A DNA stretch of 64,000 nucleotides from Candidatus Omnitrophota bacterium. Its GTDB lineage: Bacteria > Omnitrophota > Gorgyraeia > Zapsychrales > JANLHA01. The notes beneath the pieces were generated by a model. That model was not told where the DNA came from and made no database searches. It saw nothing but the letters and a program-made list of their open reading frames with translations. Below, one piece after another: positions 30,363 to 39,405 of this stretch (positions are counted from its first letter, which is position 1; every line of letters begins with the position of its first letter). Location: contig JAKLFA010000006.1 of NCBI GenBank assembly GCA_022711395.1, positions 154 through 64,153 of the forward strand, written 5' to 3'. A program made the position numbers and the translations under genes.

Positions 30363-30914
30363 ATGGCCAAGAAAAAAATCTTAGTTGTCGACGACCAGCG
30401 TGACATGCAGCTGTTATTGAAAAAATGGCTGGAGGCGGCTGGTTATGAGGTGATCCAGGCGGAGGATGGCGAGCCGGGCCTGTGGATGGTCATTGAACAC
30501 AGGCCTGACCTTGTTTTGACCGACGTGGTCATGCCTAACATGAACGGGATAGAGTTTGTCAGAAGGCTGCGAGGTGTTGACGGTGGAGAGGCCGTCCCGG
30601 TGATCGTGACTTCAAGCCGGCCGTTGATGGTCAACTGTTTTGAGGAGGGCGCGATCGAGGGATTTTTTGCCAAGCCGATCGACCGTGAAGGGCTGCTTAA
30701 AAAGATCGCGGAAATTTTTGACCGTCAGGAAGTTCTAAAAGACCTGGAGGCCATAAAAAAACGCGATGAGGCTCATCCTTCCATCAGCGCGCCTAGAGGG
30801 CCGGGCCGCAAGCAATATGTTTGCAAGCGTTGTGGTAAGGCGCTCGATGATCCGGATGAACATTGTCCCCACTGCGGCTGCGCAGAGTCGTTGATCAGGG
30901 AAGTCTTTGATTGA
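30363..30914 (+). CDS. Single-domain response regulator (REC) with a C-terminal C4 zinc-ribbon
   Basis: KILVVDDQ...VLTDVVMPNMNGIEF (phospho-acceptor Asp) and a C-terminal CKRCGKALDDPDEHCPHCGC. Confidence 0.75.
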   Translation: MAKKKILVVDDQRDMQLLLKKWLEAAGYEVIQAEDGEPGLWMVIEHRPDLVLTDVVMPNMNGIEFVRRLRGVDGGEAVPVIVTSSRPLMVNCFEEGAIEGFFAKPIDREGLLKKIAEIFDRQEVLKDLEAIKKRDEAHPSISAPRGPGRKQYVCKRCGKALDDPDEHCPHCGCAESLIREVFD

Positions 30915-30931
30915 GGACAGAAGATAGACGG

Positions 30932-30972
30932 AAAAAAGGGACCCTCTTTGATGAGGGTTTCTTTTTTTTTTG
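30932..30972 (+). terminator. Rho-independent terminator
   Basis: aaaagggaccctc-tttgat-gagggtttc followed by TTTTTTTTT. Confidence 0.6.
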
Positions 30973-31179
30973 TGCGATTTCCATGCGGATGGGCCGCAGT
31001 AGCAAAAGACGGCAGTCGAATTAAAAAGGCGATTTTTGGTACGATTTTTTTGGACGTTATAAAAGACAGCAATGTTCGCGGTTTCATCTTTAAGTCTCTT
31101 CAAGACCATTCAACCATAAATTATTACAAGACATAAACTTAAGAATTTTTGAAAAAGGGTGCAGTTTTTATTTTTTAAA

Positions 31180-31231
31180 TAGAGAAATTATTCACTATTA
31201 ACTTGACATGAGGAAAAGTGTGTGCTTTAAT
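31180..31231 (+). promoter_or_regulatory. Promoter of the hydrogenase operon (TTGACA-17-TTTAAT with TGc extended -10) preceded by a Rex-box-like site
   Basis: TTGACA at 31203-31208 and TTTAAT at 31226-31231. TAGAGAAATTATTCACTA at 31180-31197 resembles the Rex operator TTGTGAA-N4-TTCACAA (11 of 14 defined positions). Confidence 0.4.
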
Positions 31232-31269
31232 TATAGCGAAATAAATCACCATTAAGAACGGAGTTTTTT

Positions 31270-31767
31270 ATGAATGCTGTTGAACAGGGTTTTCAGCGTG
31301 ATTTGGAGCGGATCAATCAGATCGTTGAAAAAAACGGCAATGACCGCACGCATTTGATCGCGATCCTGCAGGATATTCAGCATGAGTTCCGCTTCCTCCC
31401 CGAAGAGGTTTTGATCTATCTTTCTACGGTCATGAACATTCCGCTGTCCAGTATTTACGGGGTGGCGACATTTTACGGCCAGTTCAGTTTGGAGCCGAAG
31501 GGGAAGTTCGAGATCAAAGTCTGCGATGGCACGGCCTGCCATGTGCGTAAAAGCGGCGTCATTATTGAGGCGATCCGCAAAAAGCTTGGCCTGACAGCCG
31601 GAAAAAAAACCACTGATGACCTGAAATTCACATTCGAAACGGTCAGCTGCCTGGGGGCTTGCGGCCTGGCGCCGGTCGTGGTCATTAATGAGAAGGTCTA
31701 CCCGCAGGTCACCCCTGAAAAAATAAGTCAGATCATCGATCAATATAAAAATGAAGAGGAGTCGTAG
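31270..31767 (+). CDS. NuoE-like thioredoxin-fold [2Fe-2S] subunit of NAD(P)-linked [FeFe]-hydrogenase (HydC/HndA)
   Basis: CDGTACHVRKSG ... VSCLGACGLAPVV four-Cys pattern; 165 aa. Confidence 0.85.
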   Translation: MNAVEQGFQRDLERINQIVEKNGNDRTHLIAILQDIQHEFRFLPEEVLIYLSTVMNIPLSSIYGVATFYGQFSLEPKGKFEIKVCDGTACHVRKSGVIIEAIRKKLGLTAGKKTTDDLKFTFETVSCLGACGLAPVVVINEKVYPQVTPEKISQIIDQYKNEEES

Positions 31768-31769
31768 GA

Positions 31770-33581
31770 ATGGCCGAACAGGATGGAACAGGCAAAAGGG
31801 TCTTGGTCTGCTGCGGCACGGGATGCGTGGCCAACGGAGCCTATGATGTTTTGAAAAAATTCCAGGAACACGGCGTGGGCGCCGAACTGAAAAAGTGCGG
31901 CGGGGAGGTCAAAGCCGTTCCCACGGGATGTCATGGTTTCTGCGAAAATGGCGTGCTGGTGGATTTTCCTGACGATAAAGTTACGTATATCAAGGTTAAG
32001 CCTGAGGACGTGGATGAGATCATTGAACAGCATTTAAAGGGCGGCCAGACGGTCGAGCGTCTGCTTTACAGGGACCCGCAGACGCGGCAGGCGGTGGTGC
32101 ATGCCTCTGAGATGACGTTTTATAAAAAACAGATCCGGACATCCTTAAAGAATTGCGGCAAGCTCAATCCGGAAGATATTGAGGAGTTTCTGGCGCTGGA
32201 TGGTTATCAGGCCTTGAAAAAGGCTTTGAGCTTAAAGCCTGAGGAGGTCTGCCGCGAAGTCGAATTGAGCGGTTTGCGGGGGCGCGGCGGTGGCGGCTTT
32301 CCGACCGGACGAAAGTGGGAGTTTGTCCGCAAGGCGGCCGGGGACAAAAAATATGTCATCTGTAACGGCGATGAAGGTGATCCGGGAGCGTTCATGGACC
32401 GCAGTGTCATGGAAGGAGATCCTTTCAAATTGCTGGAAGGCATGACGATTGCGGCCTTTGCTGTCGGGTCCGATGAGGGCTATATTTATGTCCGCGCGGA
32501 GTATCCCATGGCGATCAAGCGGCTGCGCATCGCGATCCGGCAGGCCAGGGAGAGGGGATTTTTGGGAAGAGATATTTTAGGCAGCGGGCTGAGTTTCGAT
32601 GTTCATATTAAGGAAGGCGCGGGGGCGTTTGTCTGTGGGGAAGAGACCGCGCTGATCGCTTCCATCGAAGGCAAGCGGGGCATGCCGATGTCGAAACCGC
32701 CGTTTCCGGCGAGCCAGGGGCTGTTCGGAAAACCGTCCTTGATCAACAATGTCGAGACGCTGGCCAATGTTCCGCTGATCCTTTTGAACGGAGCACCATG
32801 GTTCCGCGGTTTCGGCACGGAACGGAGCCCGGGAACGAAGACCTTTGCCCTGACGGGTGAGGTGTGCAATTCCGGGCTTATTGAAGTGCCCATGGGGACC
32901 ACGCTTCGTCAGATCATTTTTGACATCGGCGGGGGGATCCGTAACGGAAAGAAGTTCAAGGCTGTCCAGATCGGCGGGCCGTCGGGCGGGTGCCTGACCG
33001 AAGAGCATCTGGACATGCCTTTGGATTATGAAGCGCTCACGGCGGTGGGCGCGATGGTCGGATCAGGGGGCCTTGTGGTCATGAACGAGGACACGTGCAT
33101 TGTTGAGGTGTCGCGTTTTTTCATGAATTTCACGCAGCATGAATCATGCGGCAAGTGCACCTTGTGCCGTGAAGGGACGAAAAACATGCTCTATATCCTT
33201 GAAAAGATCATTCAGGGCAAGGCCGGCCTGGAAGATCTGGACCTGCTGGAAGAGCTCGCGGCCGCGGTCAAGGACGGATCGCTGTGCGGGCTGGGTAAGT
33301 CAGCGCCTAATCCTGTCCTTTCGACGCTGAAATATTTCCGGGATGAGTATATGGCGCATATTAACGAACATCGCTGTCCTGCGGGGGCGTGTTCCGCCAT
33401 GAAGAAGATCGTGATCGATCAGGCCTTGTGCAAGGGTTGCAGCAAGTGCGCTCGCGTCTGTCCGGCAGGGGCGATCACCGGAGTGATCAAGCAGCCGTAT
33501 ACGATCCGGCAGGAAACGTGCATTAAATGCGGGGCGTGCCTGGACGTTTGTCCGTTCCACGCCATTCAAAAAGAAGGATAA
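31770..33581 (+). CDS. NuoF-like flavoprotein subunit (HydB/HndC) with an N-terminal 2Fe-2S domain and two C-terminal 4Fe-4S ferredoxin motifs
   Basis: GLRGRGGGGFPTGRKW (NADH/FMN), ICNGDEGDPGAFMDR, SCGKCTLCREG (N3 cluster), C-terminal CKGCSKCARVCP and CIKCGACLDVCP. Confidence 0.9.
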   Translation: MAEQDGTGKRVLVCCGTGCVANGAYDVLKKFQEHGVGAELKKCGGEVKAVPTGCHGFCENGVLVDFPDDKVTYIKVKPEDVDEIIEQHLKGGQTVERLLYRDPQTRQAVVHASEMTFYKKQIRTSLKNCGKLNPEDIEEFLALDGYQALKKALSLKPEEVCREVELSGLRGRGGGGFPTGRKWEFVRKAAGDKKYVICNGDEGDPGAFMDRSVMEGDPFKLLEGMTIAAFAVGSDEGYIYVRAEYPMAIKRLRIAIRQARERGFLGRDILGSGLSFDVHIKEGAGAFVCGEETALIASIEGKRGMPMSKPPFPASQGLFGKPSLINNVETLANVPLILLNGAPWFRGFGTERSPGTKTFALTGEVCNSGLIEVPMGTTLRQIIFDIGGGIRNGKKFKAVQIGGPSGGCLTEEHLDMPLDYEALTAVGAMVGSGGLVVMNEDTCIVEVSRFFMNFTQHESCGKCTLCREGTKNMLYILEKIIQGKAGLEDLDLLEELAAAVKDGSLCGLGKSAPNPVLSTLKYFRDEYMAHINEHRCPAGACSAMKKIVIDQALCKGCSKCARVCPAGAITGVIKQPYTIRQETCIKCGACLDVCPFHAIQKEG

Positions 33582-35623
33582 TGTTCATGAGCGATAGACT
33601 TTTGAATAAGACAATGTTCATAGACGGAAAAGAATATGCCTATGACGGAGAACGTAACGTGCTCGAGGTCCTGCGCAAAGCGGGTTATGATATTCCGACC
33701 CTGTGCTATCGGTCGGACCTGAGCGTTTATGGCGCTTGCCGCATGTGCGTGGTGGAGATCGAAGGGAAAGGGGTCGTCACCAGCTGCACAATACCCCCGG
33801 AGCCGGGCATGAAGATCAGGGTGAACACCGCCCGCGTGCGCCGTGTGCGCAAGATATCGCTGGAGCTTTTACTGGCGAATCACCATCGTGACTGCACCAC
33901 GTGTTTAAAGAGCGGGGATTGCGATCTTCAGCATTTGGCGAATAAGATGGGGATCAAGGATATCCGTTTTGCTCCCCGTCAGGAGACACTGGCCGTTGAC
34001 AGCGCCAATCCATCCATTGTCCGCGATCCGAACAAATGCATCCTGTGCGGCGCCTGCGTCCGTGTTTGCCGTGAGGTCCAGGGGAAGAACGTTCTGGATT
34101 TCACCCATCGCGGTTCCAAGACGGTGGTGAGCCCTGCTTATAATAAAAAATTGTCGGAGGTAGACTGCACCTACTGCGGCCAGTGCGTGGCCGTCTGCCC
34201 GACGGGAGCCCTACGGGTCAAGTCGGACATTGAGAAGGTGTGGAATGGCCTGGGGGACCCTTCTAAAAAGGTGATCGTTCAGGTCGCGCCGGCCGTGCGC
34301 GTGGCTGTCGCGGAAGCGTTCCGTTTCCCCGCGGGAACAAACCTCATCGGCATGATCACGGCCGTGCTCAGAAGGCTGGGCTTTGATAAGGTCTTTGACA
34401 CGACCTTCGCGGCTGACCTGACGATCATGGAAGAGGCCGCGGAATTCGCGGACCGCTTAAAGAACAATGGGCCGTTGCCGCTGATGACCAGCTGCTGCCC
34501 GGCGTGGGTCAAGCTGGTGGAACAAAAATATCCGCAGTTTTTGGAAAATCTTTCAAGCTGCCGTTCACCCCAGCAGATGTTCGGCGCCGTGGCGAAAAAG
34601 CTGCTGGCTGCTCACTATGGGATCGATCGTAAAGACCTTGTGGTGGTCTCCGTGATGCCCTGCACGGCCAAAAAGGCGGAAGCCCGTCGGCCTGAATTCC
34701 GGCAGGGGGAACAACTCGATGTCGACATCGTGATCACGACGCAGGAATTGATCAAAATGATCAGGGAATCAGGCGTTGATCTGCGTCAGGTCAAGGAGGA
34801 GCCGATGGACCTTCCTTTCGGGGAACATACCGGCGCGGGCGTGATCTTTGGTTCATCCGGAGGAGTGGCCGAGGCGGCGCTGCGGACCGCTGTAGAATGG
34901 GTGACCGGAGCTCCGGTCAAGGACATCGATATCAAAGAGGTCAGAGGGGTAGAAAGTTTTAAGGAGCTTCAGCTGATGCTCAATGGTTCCATGGTCAAGG
35001 TCGCGGTCGTCAACACCCTTCAGCAGGCCGCGTGCCTGCTGGACCAGATCAAAAAAGGAGAATGTGATTATCATTTGATCGAAGTTATGGCCTGTCCGGG
35101 AGGGTGCATCGGAGGGGCGGGGCAGCCGTATAGCATCGATAATAATCTGCTCAGGATCAAGCGCAGCCAGGGGCTGTATGATATCGATCAGAACATGCCT
35201 GTTCGAAAATCGCATGAGAACCCGCAAATTAAACGGCTATACGGTGAGTGGCTGAAAGAGCCCAACAGCCATCTGGCGCATGAACTGCTTCATACCGGAT
35301 ATCACAGCAAACGGCGCATTCAGGCGCGGGACGTCAACCTGAGCCCGGGGTCCCGGACGGACGTCGTCGATGTCAGAGTCTGCGTGGGGACGTCATGCTA
35401 TTTGCGCGGGGCCTATGATTTTATCGGGATCTTAAAGAAGGAGATCGAGGCGCACGGGTTGGGCGGATCCGTGGATATCAAAGGGACGTTTTGTTTGGAG
35501 CATTGCGGCAAAGGCCCCAACATTATGATCGACGGGGAGTTGGTCCATCATGCTGTTCCTGAACGCGCCAGGGAGATCTTTGATCAATACATTCTTCCCA
35601 AATGCAAAAAGGAGGTCGGATAA
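33581..35623 (+). CDS. hydA: [FeFe]-hydrogenase catalytic subunit (HydA/HndD) with an N-terminal 2Fe-2S plus 4Fe-4S domain and a C-terminal thioredoxin-like [2Fe-2S] domain
   Basis: H-cluster motifs TSCCPAWV (L1), MPCTAKKAEARR (L2) and EVMACPGGCIGGAGQP (L3). The C-terminal CVGTSC...CLEHCGKGP is NuoE-like. ATG at 33581 overlaps the hydB stop; a second ATG at 33587 is also possible. Confidence 0.9.
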   Translation: MFMSDRLLNKTMFIDGKEYAYDGERNVLEVLRKAGYDIPTLCYRSDLSVYGACRMCVVEIEGKGVVTSCTIPPEPGMKIRVNTARVRRVRKISLELLLANHHRDCTTCLKSGDCDLQHLANKMGIKDIRFAPRQETLAVDSANPSIVRDPNKCILCGACVRVCREVQGKNVLDFTHRGSKTVVSPAYNKKLSEVDCTYCGQCVAVCPTGALRVKSDIEKVWNGLGDPSKKVIVQVAPAVRVAVAEAFRFPAGTNLIGMITAVLRRLGFDKVFDTTFAADLTIMEEAAEFADRLKNNGPLPLMTSCCPAWVKLVEQKYPQFLENLSSCRSPQQMFGAVAKKLLAAHYGIDRKDLVVVSVMPCTAKKAEARRPEFRQGEQLDVDIVITTQELIKMIRESGVDLRQVKEEPMDLPFGEHTGAGVIFGSSGGVAEAALRTAVEWVTGAPVKDIDIKEVRGVESFKELQLMLNGSMVKVAVVNTLQQAACLLDQIKKGECDYHLIEVMACPGGCIGGAGQPYSIDNNLLRIKRSQGLYDIDQNMPVRKSHENPQIKRLYGEWLKEPNSHLAHELLHTGYHSKRRIQARDVNLSPGSRTDVVDVRVCVGTSCYLRGAYDFIGILKKEIEAHGLGGSVDIKGTFCLEHCGKGPNIMIDGELVHHAVPERAREIFDQYILPKCKKEVG

Positions 35624-35624
35624 G

Positions 35625-36524
35625 ATGGAGATTCCTCTTCCCACGCTCAAGAGGCTGCCGGTGTATTACGCGATCTTTTCGGACGCGCACGCTCAGGGAA
35701 AGACCTTTATTTCGAGTCAGGAGATATCGGACATCTTAGGCATTGATAAGACCCAGGTGCGCAAGGATATTGCCTTGACCGGGTATGTGGGCAAGCCCAA
35801 GATCGGCTATGACGTCAAAGGGTTCATGGAGCACCTTGACCGTTTTCTTGGATTCAAGCAGGAAAAACGGGCCGTCATGATCGGCGCCGGGAACCTCGGG
35901 GGGGCGATCGCCCGGTATACAGGACTTCAGCAATACGGGTTTGTCCTGGCGGGTGTTTTCGACAGCGATCCGGCCAAGATCGGCACCCTGGTCGGGGGCC
36001 TGAAGGTCCAGCCCATGGACGAACTCGAGGGGACGATCAGGAAAGAACAGGCGACCCTGGCTGTGCTGGTGGTGCCTGGCGAGTCCGCCCAGGCAGTGGC
36101 GGAAAGGGTGATCTCCGCCGGAATTGAGGGGATATGGAATTTTACGCCGTCTCAGCTTAAGGTCCCGGAGCGCGTGGCATTGTGGAATCAGAACCTCACG
36201 GCGTCCTTTTTGGCGTTATCGATGATGATGCGCAAGGAGCCGGTCCGGGTCCCTTACGATAAGTCCGAAGGGGCCAGGGAGTCACTGTATCTGTGCATGG
36301 GTTCCGCCTGTCATCAGAGGGGATCGTTCTTTGTCCTTGAGACATTGAAGGGGATGCTTCAGCAATATGACGTGTCGGACAAGATCGAGCTCAAGGGCGC
36401 CTTTTGTCTCGGGCATTGTTCCGACGGGATAACTATGAAATTCCGGGACCAGATCCTGACCGGCATTTCCAAAGAAAACATTCAAGAAAGATTTCTTAAG
36501 GAGATCTTTCCGTTTATTGGATAA
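35625..36524 (+). CDS. rex: Redox-sensing repressor Rex fused to a C-terminal thioredoxin-like [2Fe-2S] ferredoxin domain
   Basis: N-terminal PTLKRLPVYY wHTH and the Rossmann GAGNLGGAI NADH-binding motif (Rex hallmarks), then an extra ~95 aa carrying CMGSAC...CLGHC (a CxxxxC...CxxxC NuoE/HndA-type motif). Confidence 0.8.
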   Translation: MEIPLPTLKRLPVYYAIFSDAHAQGKTFISSQEISDILGIDKTQVRKDIALTGYVGKPKIGYDVKGFMEHLDRFLGFKQEKRAVMIGAGNLGGAIARYTGLQQYGFVLAGVFDSDPAKIGTLVGGLKVQPMDELEGTIRKEQATLAVLVVPGESAQAVAERVISAGIEGIWNFTPSQLKVPERVALWNQNLTASFLALSMMMRKEPVRVPYDKSEGARESLYLCMGSACHQRGSFFVLETLKGMLQQYDVSDKIELKGAFCLGHCSDGITMKFRDQILTGISKENIQERFLKEIFPFIG

Positions 36525-36535
36525 CGGAGGAGGCC

Positions 36536-37045
36536 ATGATGAAGGCGGCAAAAAAGACCCTGTGGGAACTGCTGTGGGATTATGACCCCAACGGATTGCT
36601 TGTCATGGACACGGATTACAACATCCTCGTTGTCAATCAGGCCTTGTGCAATATGATCCGTAAACAGCATCAGGACATGATCGGCCGCAACGCCGGAGAA
36701 TTTTTTGATGACATTGCGGATTTTCGCTACGCGTGGGAAAGTTCGCAGATCATCAAGGCCAAGGAGAAGACATATCCTCAGTATGACCTTCATGTCAGGA
36801 AGGTCATTTTTCCAATTAAGGACGAAAAGATCATCGCCTGCATCATGGTGGACGTGACCCACGAATGGCGTCAACAGTTGGAGATGGAAAAGCTCAAGGA
36901 GAACGTCATTGAACAGGTCAACAGTGTTGTGGACCAGCAGATGAAGGTCGCGCAGGAAATTGCCGGCCTGCTCGGCGAGACAACGGCCGAAACGAAAGTG
37001 GCGGTGCTGAAACTGGTGGATATGCTCAAACGTGAAAGAGAGTAG
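36536..37045 (+). CDS. PAS-domain sensor protein (single domain)
   Basis: PAS fold pattern (LLVMDTDYNILVVNQALCNMI...DMIGRN...). No output domain; RBS aacggaggagg. Confidence 0.6.
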   Translation: MMKAAKKTLWELLWDYDPNGLLVMDTDYNILVVNQALCNMIRKQHQDMIGRNAGEFFDDIADFRYAWESSQIIKAKEKTYPQYDLHVRKVIFPIKDEKIIACIMVDVTHEWRQQLEMEKLKENVIEQVNSVVDQQMKVAQEIAGLLGETTAETKVAVLKLVDMLKRERE

Positions 37046-37048
37046 GGC

Positions 37049-38203
37049 GTGGACCTGGTCTATGATTTTTATGAAAAAAGCCTGAGGAAGCATCAGGAGG
37101 AGCTTTGCGGGGACGCGGTGAAGATCACGCGAGCCAACGGCAAGACCGTGGCGGTCCTTTCAGACGGCCTGGGAAGCGGCGTGAAGGCCAATATCCTGGC
37201 CACCTTGACCAGCGAAATCGTGAGCACGATGCTCAACAATAACGTTTCACTGGAAGAAGTGATGCGCACGGTTCTGGGGACGCTGCCCATTTGTCAGGTT
37301 CGCAATATGGCTTACGCGACATTCACTGTTCTGGAGATCGATGAGCGGCGCAACAGGTTCAAGGTCATTAACACCGATAATCCGCCGATCTTTTATATCC
37401 GGGACGGACAGATCCGCCGCCCACTGCGCTGCCAGGAACGGATCCTGAACCGCGATGTTTTTGCCCATGAGGGAGACCTGAAAGAAGGAGACTTTATCGG
37501 CATGGCCTCGGACGGAGTTTTATACGCCGGTCTTGGAAAGAGCATGAATTTCGGATGGGGCTGGGAACAGATCGGGCAGTTTCTTGAAGAGACCCTGCGG
37601 ATCAAAGAGATATCGGCCCAGGAGATCGTGAACGCTTTAATGGAGGAGACCGAGGCTCTGTATGGTGGAGAAGTAGGGGACGACGCGACGTTCGTCGGAA
37701 TGAGGGTCAGGCAAAAAAGGAACTTGATCCTTTTTACCGGGCCTCCTTTGGATAAAAGCAAAGACAGCCGCGTGGTGGAAGAGTTCATGCGGTTTAACGG
37801 GCGCAAAGTCGTCTGCGGGGGGACCACGGCCAATATCGTTTCGGATTATCTTCAGGAACCGATCGAAACGGATATCGGGTCCATGAGCGAGGACACGCCC
37901 CCTCTTGGAAGGATTAAGAACGTCGACCTGCTGACCGAAGGGATCATCACGCTGTCGCGCACGATCGACCTGCTCAGGAAAAACAGAAAGATGCTCCTGA
38001 AGCAAAGGAATACCGGCGCCATGGCGCTATTGTCCGAGCTGCTTTTTGCCGATCATATCGTGATCTTCGCTGGCCGCACGATCAACCCGTATTATCAGAA
38101 CCCGATCCTGCCCAAGAACATTTCCATCCGGCTGAGCCTCGTCAATGAATTGGCCGATCTTTTAAGGTCGCTTCGGAAAGATGTCCTGATCCGGCTTTTT
38201 TAG
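37049..38203 (+). CDS. PP2C-type serine phosphatase (SpoIIE/RsbU family) with a C-terminal extension of unknown function
   Basis: GTG start. CGDAVKI...AVLSDGLGSGVKANI...FIGMASDGV matches the PPM metal-binding motifs; about 150 aa of unassigned C-terminal sequence. Confidence 0.65.
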   Translation: MDLVYDFYEKSLRKHQEELCGDAVKITRANGKTVAVLSDGLGSGVKANILATLTSEIVSTMLNNNVSLEEVMRTVLGTLPICQVRNMAYATFTVLEIDERRNRFKVINTDNPPIFYIRDGQIRRPLRCQERILNRDVFAHEGDLKEGDFIGMASDGVLYAGLGKSMNFGWGWEQIGQFLEETLRIKEISAQEIVNALMEETEALYGGEVGDDATFVGMRVRQKRNLILFTGPPLDKSKDSRVVEEFMRFNGRKVVCGGTTANIVSDYLQEPIETDIGSMSEDTPPLGRIKNVDLLTEGIITLSRTIDLLRKNRKMLLKQRNTGAMALLSELLFADHIVIFAGRTINPYYQNPILPKNISIRLSLVNELADLLRSLRKDVLIRLF

Positions 38204-38216
38204 ATTTGATCTAGGG

Positions 38217-39323
38217 TTAAGGGTTTTGCAGATAGCTGATCAGCGTCTGTCCGACAAACGCCAGATCATGGATCCCGGCGAAAGCTTCGCTTCCCGGTCC
38301 GTAAGCAAAGAGCGGGACCATTGCCGCGGAGTGGCCTTCTGTAAAGAACGAGGCCTGGGTGACCTTCTTTTTTTTCACCGAGCCGTTGAGGATCGTGTAT
38401 CCTCCGGTTTCATGGTCTGAGACGACCAGGACAAGCGTTTGCTGGTCCGTTTTGGCGAATTCCAGCGCGGCACCGACCGCTTCATCCAGATCAATGACCT
38501 CTTCGATCAATTGTTCTCCGTTGCCATGATGGGATGCCCAGTCGATCTGACTGCCTTCCACGACAAGGAAAAACCCGTTCTCATACTGCGAAAGGGCCTC
38601 GATGGCCTTTTGGGTCATTTCAATGAGAGGCACGGGGCGTAAGGACGCGGGGGGAAGGTTCTCCTGGGCCAGTAGCGCGATAAGGCGGCGGGGTTTACCC
38701 AGAGCGCGGAACTGCTGCGGGGTCATGACCATCTCATGGGTCTGGGATAGTTCAGAAAGAAGGTCCCGGGCGTCCTGACGCAGAGAGCCTTCATGGTTTT
38801 TAGGAATGAAGTACCCCCAACCCCCGCCCATGATCACGTCAATTTTTAATTCCGCGATGGCATCAGCGATCTCCGCATACATATGGCGGGAGGAGACATG
38901 GGCGACAAAGCAGGCTGGTGTCCCGTCGGTCACATTGGATGTGGCGATCAGCCCGGTGCCTTTTCCGCGATCTTTGGAATATTCCAGGACGTTCTTAAGA
39001 GGATCGCCTTCCGGCGTCACGCCGATCGCGCCGACAAGCGTGTTGACGCCGGTCGCAAGCGCGGTGGTGGCGGCCGGAGAATCGGTAATAAGGGAGTCTA
39101 TGGCCTGGGTTGACAAAAGGCCGAGGACCTTGAATTGTTCGAGGTTTAAAGTCTCCTTCTCGATCTTGGCGGCGGAAATGTGCCCTACGCCCATGCCGTC
39201 ACCGATGAAGAGGATGATATTCTTGGGTGGTGTTACATTCTCAGCGGATGCCGGCTCGGCGATGATCCGGGAAAAAACCGCTAAAACGATCAGAACGGAT
39301 GAAAGCAATTTTATGAGGCGCAT
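38217..39323 (-). CDS. Alkaline phosphatase family protein (secreted)
   Basis: Signal peptide MRLIKLLSSVLIVLAVF; active-site region FIGDGMG...DSPAATTALATG (Ser nucleophile in a DSxA context); DHETGG; DWASHHGN. The internal ATG at 39323 with a ggaaggag RBS is preferred over the long upstream ORF. Confidence 0.85.
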   Translation of the reverse strand: MRLIKLLSSVLIVLAVFSRIIAEPASAENVTPPKNIILFIGDGMGVGHISAAKIEKETLNLEQFKVLGLLSTQAIDSLITDSPAATTALATGVNTLVGAIGVTPEGDPLKNVLEYSKDRGKGTGLIATSNVTDGTPACFVAHVSSRHMYAEIADAIAELKIDVIMGGGWGYFIPKNHEGSLRQDARDLLSELSQTHEMVMTPQQFRALGKPRRLIALLAQENLPPASLRPVPLIEMTQKAIEALSQYENGFFLVVEGSQIDWASHHGNGEQLIEEVIDLDEAVGAALEFAKTDQQTLVLVVSDHETGGYTILNGSVKKKKVTQASFFTEGHSAAMVPLFAYGPGSEAFAGIHDLAFVGQTLISYLQNP

Positions 39324-39405
39324 AGATTCTCCTTCCAACAGATACGGCGAATATTGATCGGCCTTGTTATACCATGAGTTTAAAGAACAGGCCCGTTGAC
39401 CCGCG

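Noticed and set aside
31100-31200. A confident Rex operator call
   Set aside because: Only a partial match (TAGAGAAATTATTCACTA) was found, so it is reported as tentative inside the promoter feature rather than as a firm site.
33527-33580. N-terminal 18 codons of the hydA ORF as drawn in the track (start 33527)
   Set aside because: That stretch overlaps the 3' end of hydB in another frame. The ATG at 33581 (or 33587) with the gaagga RBS is the plausible start.
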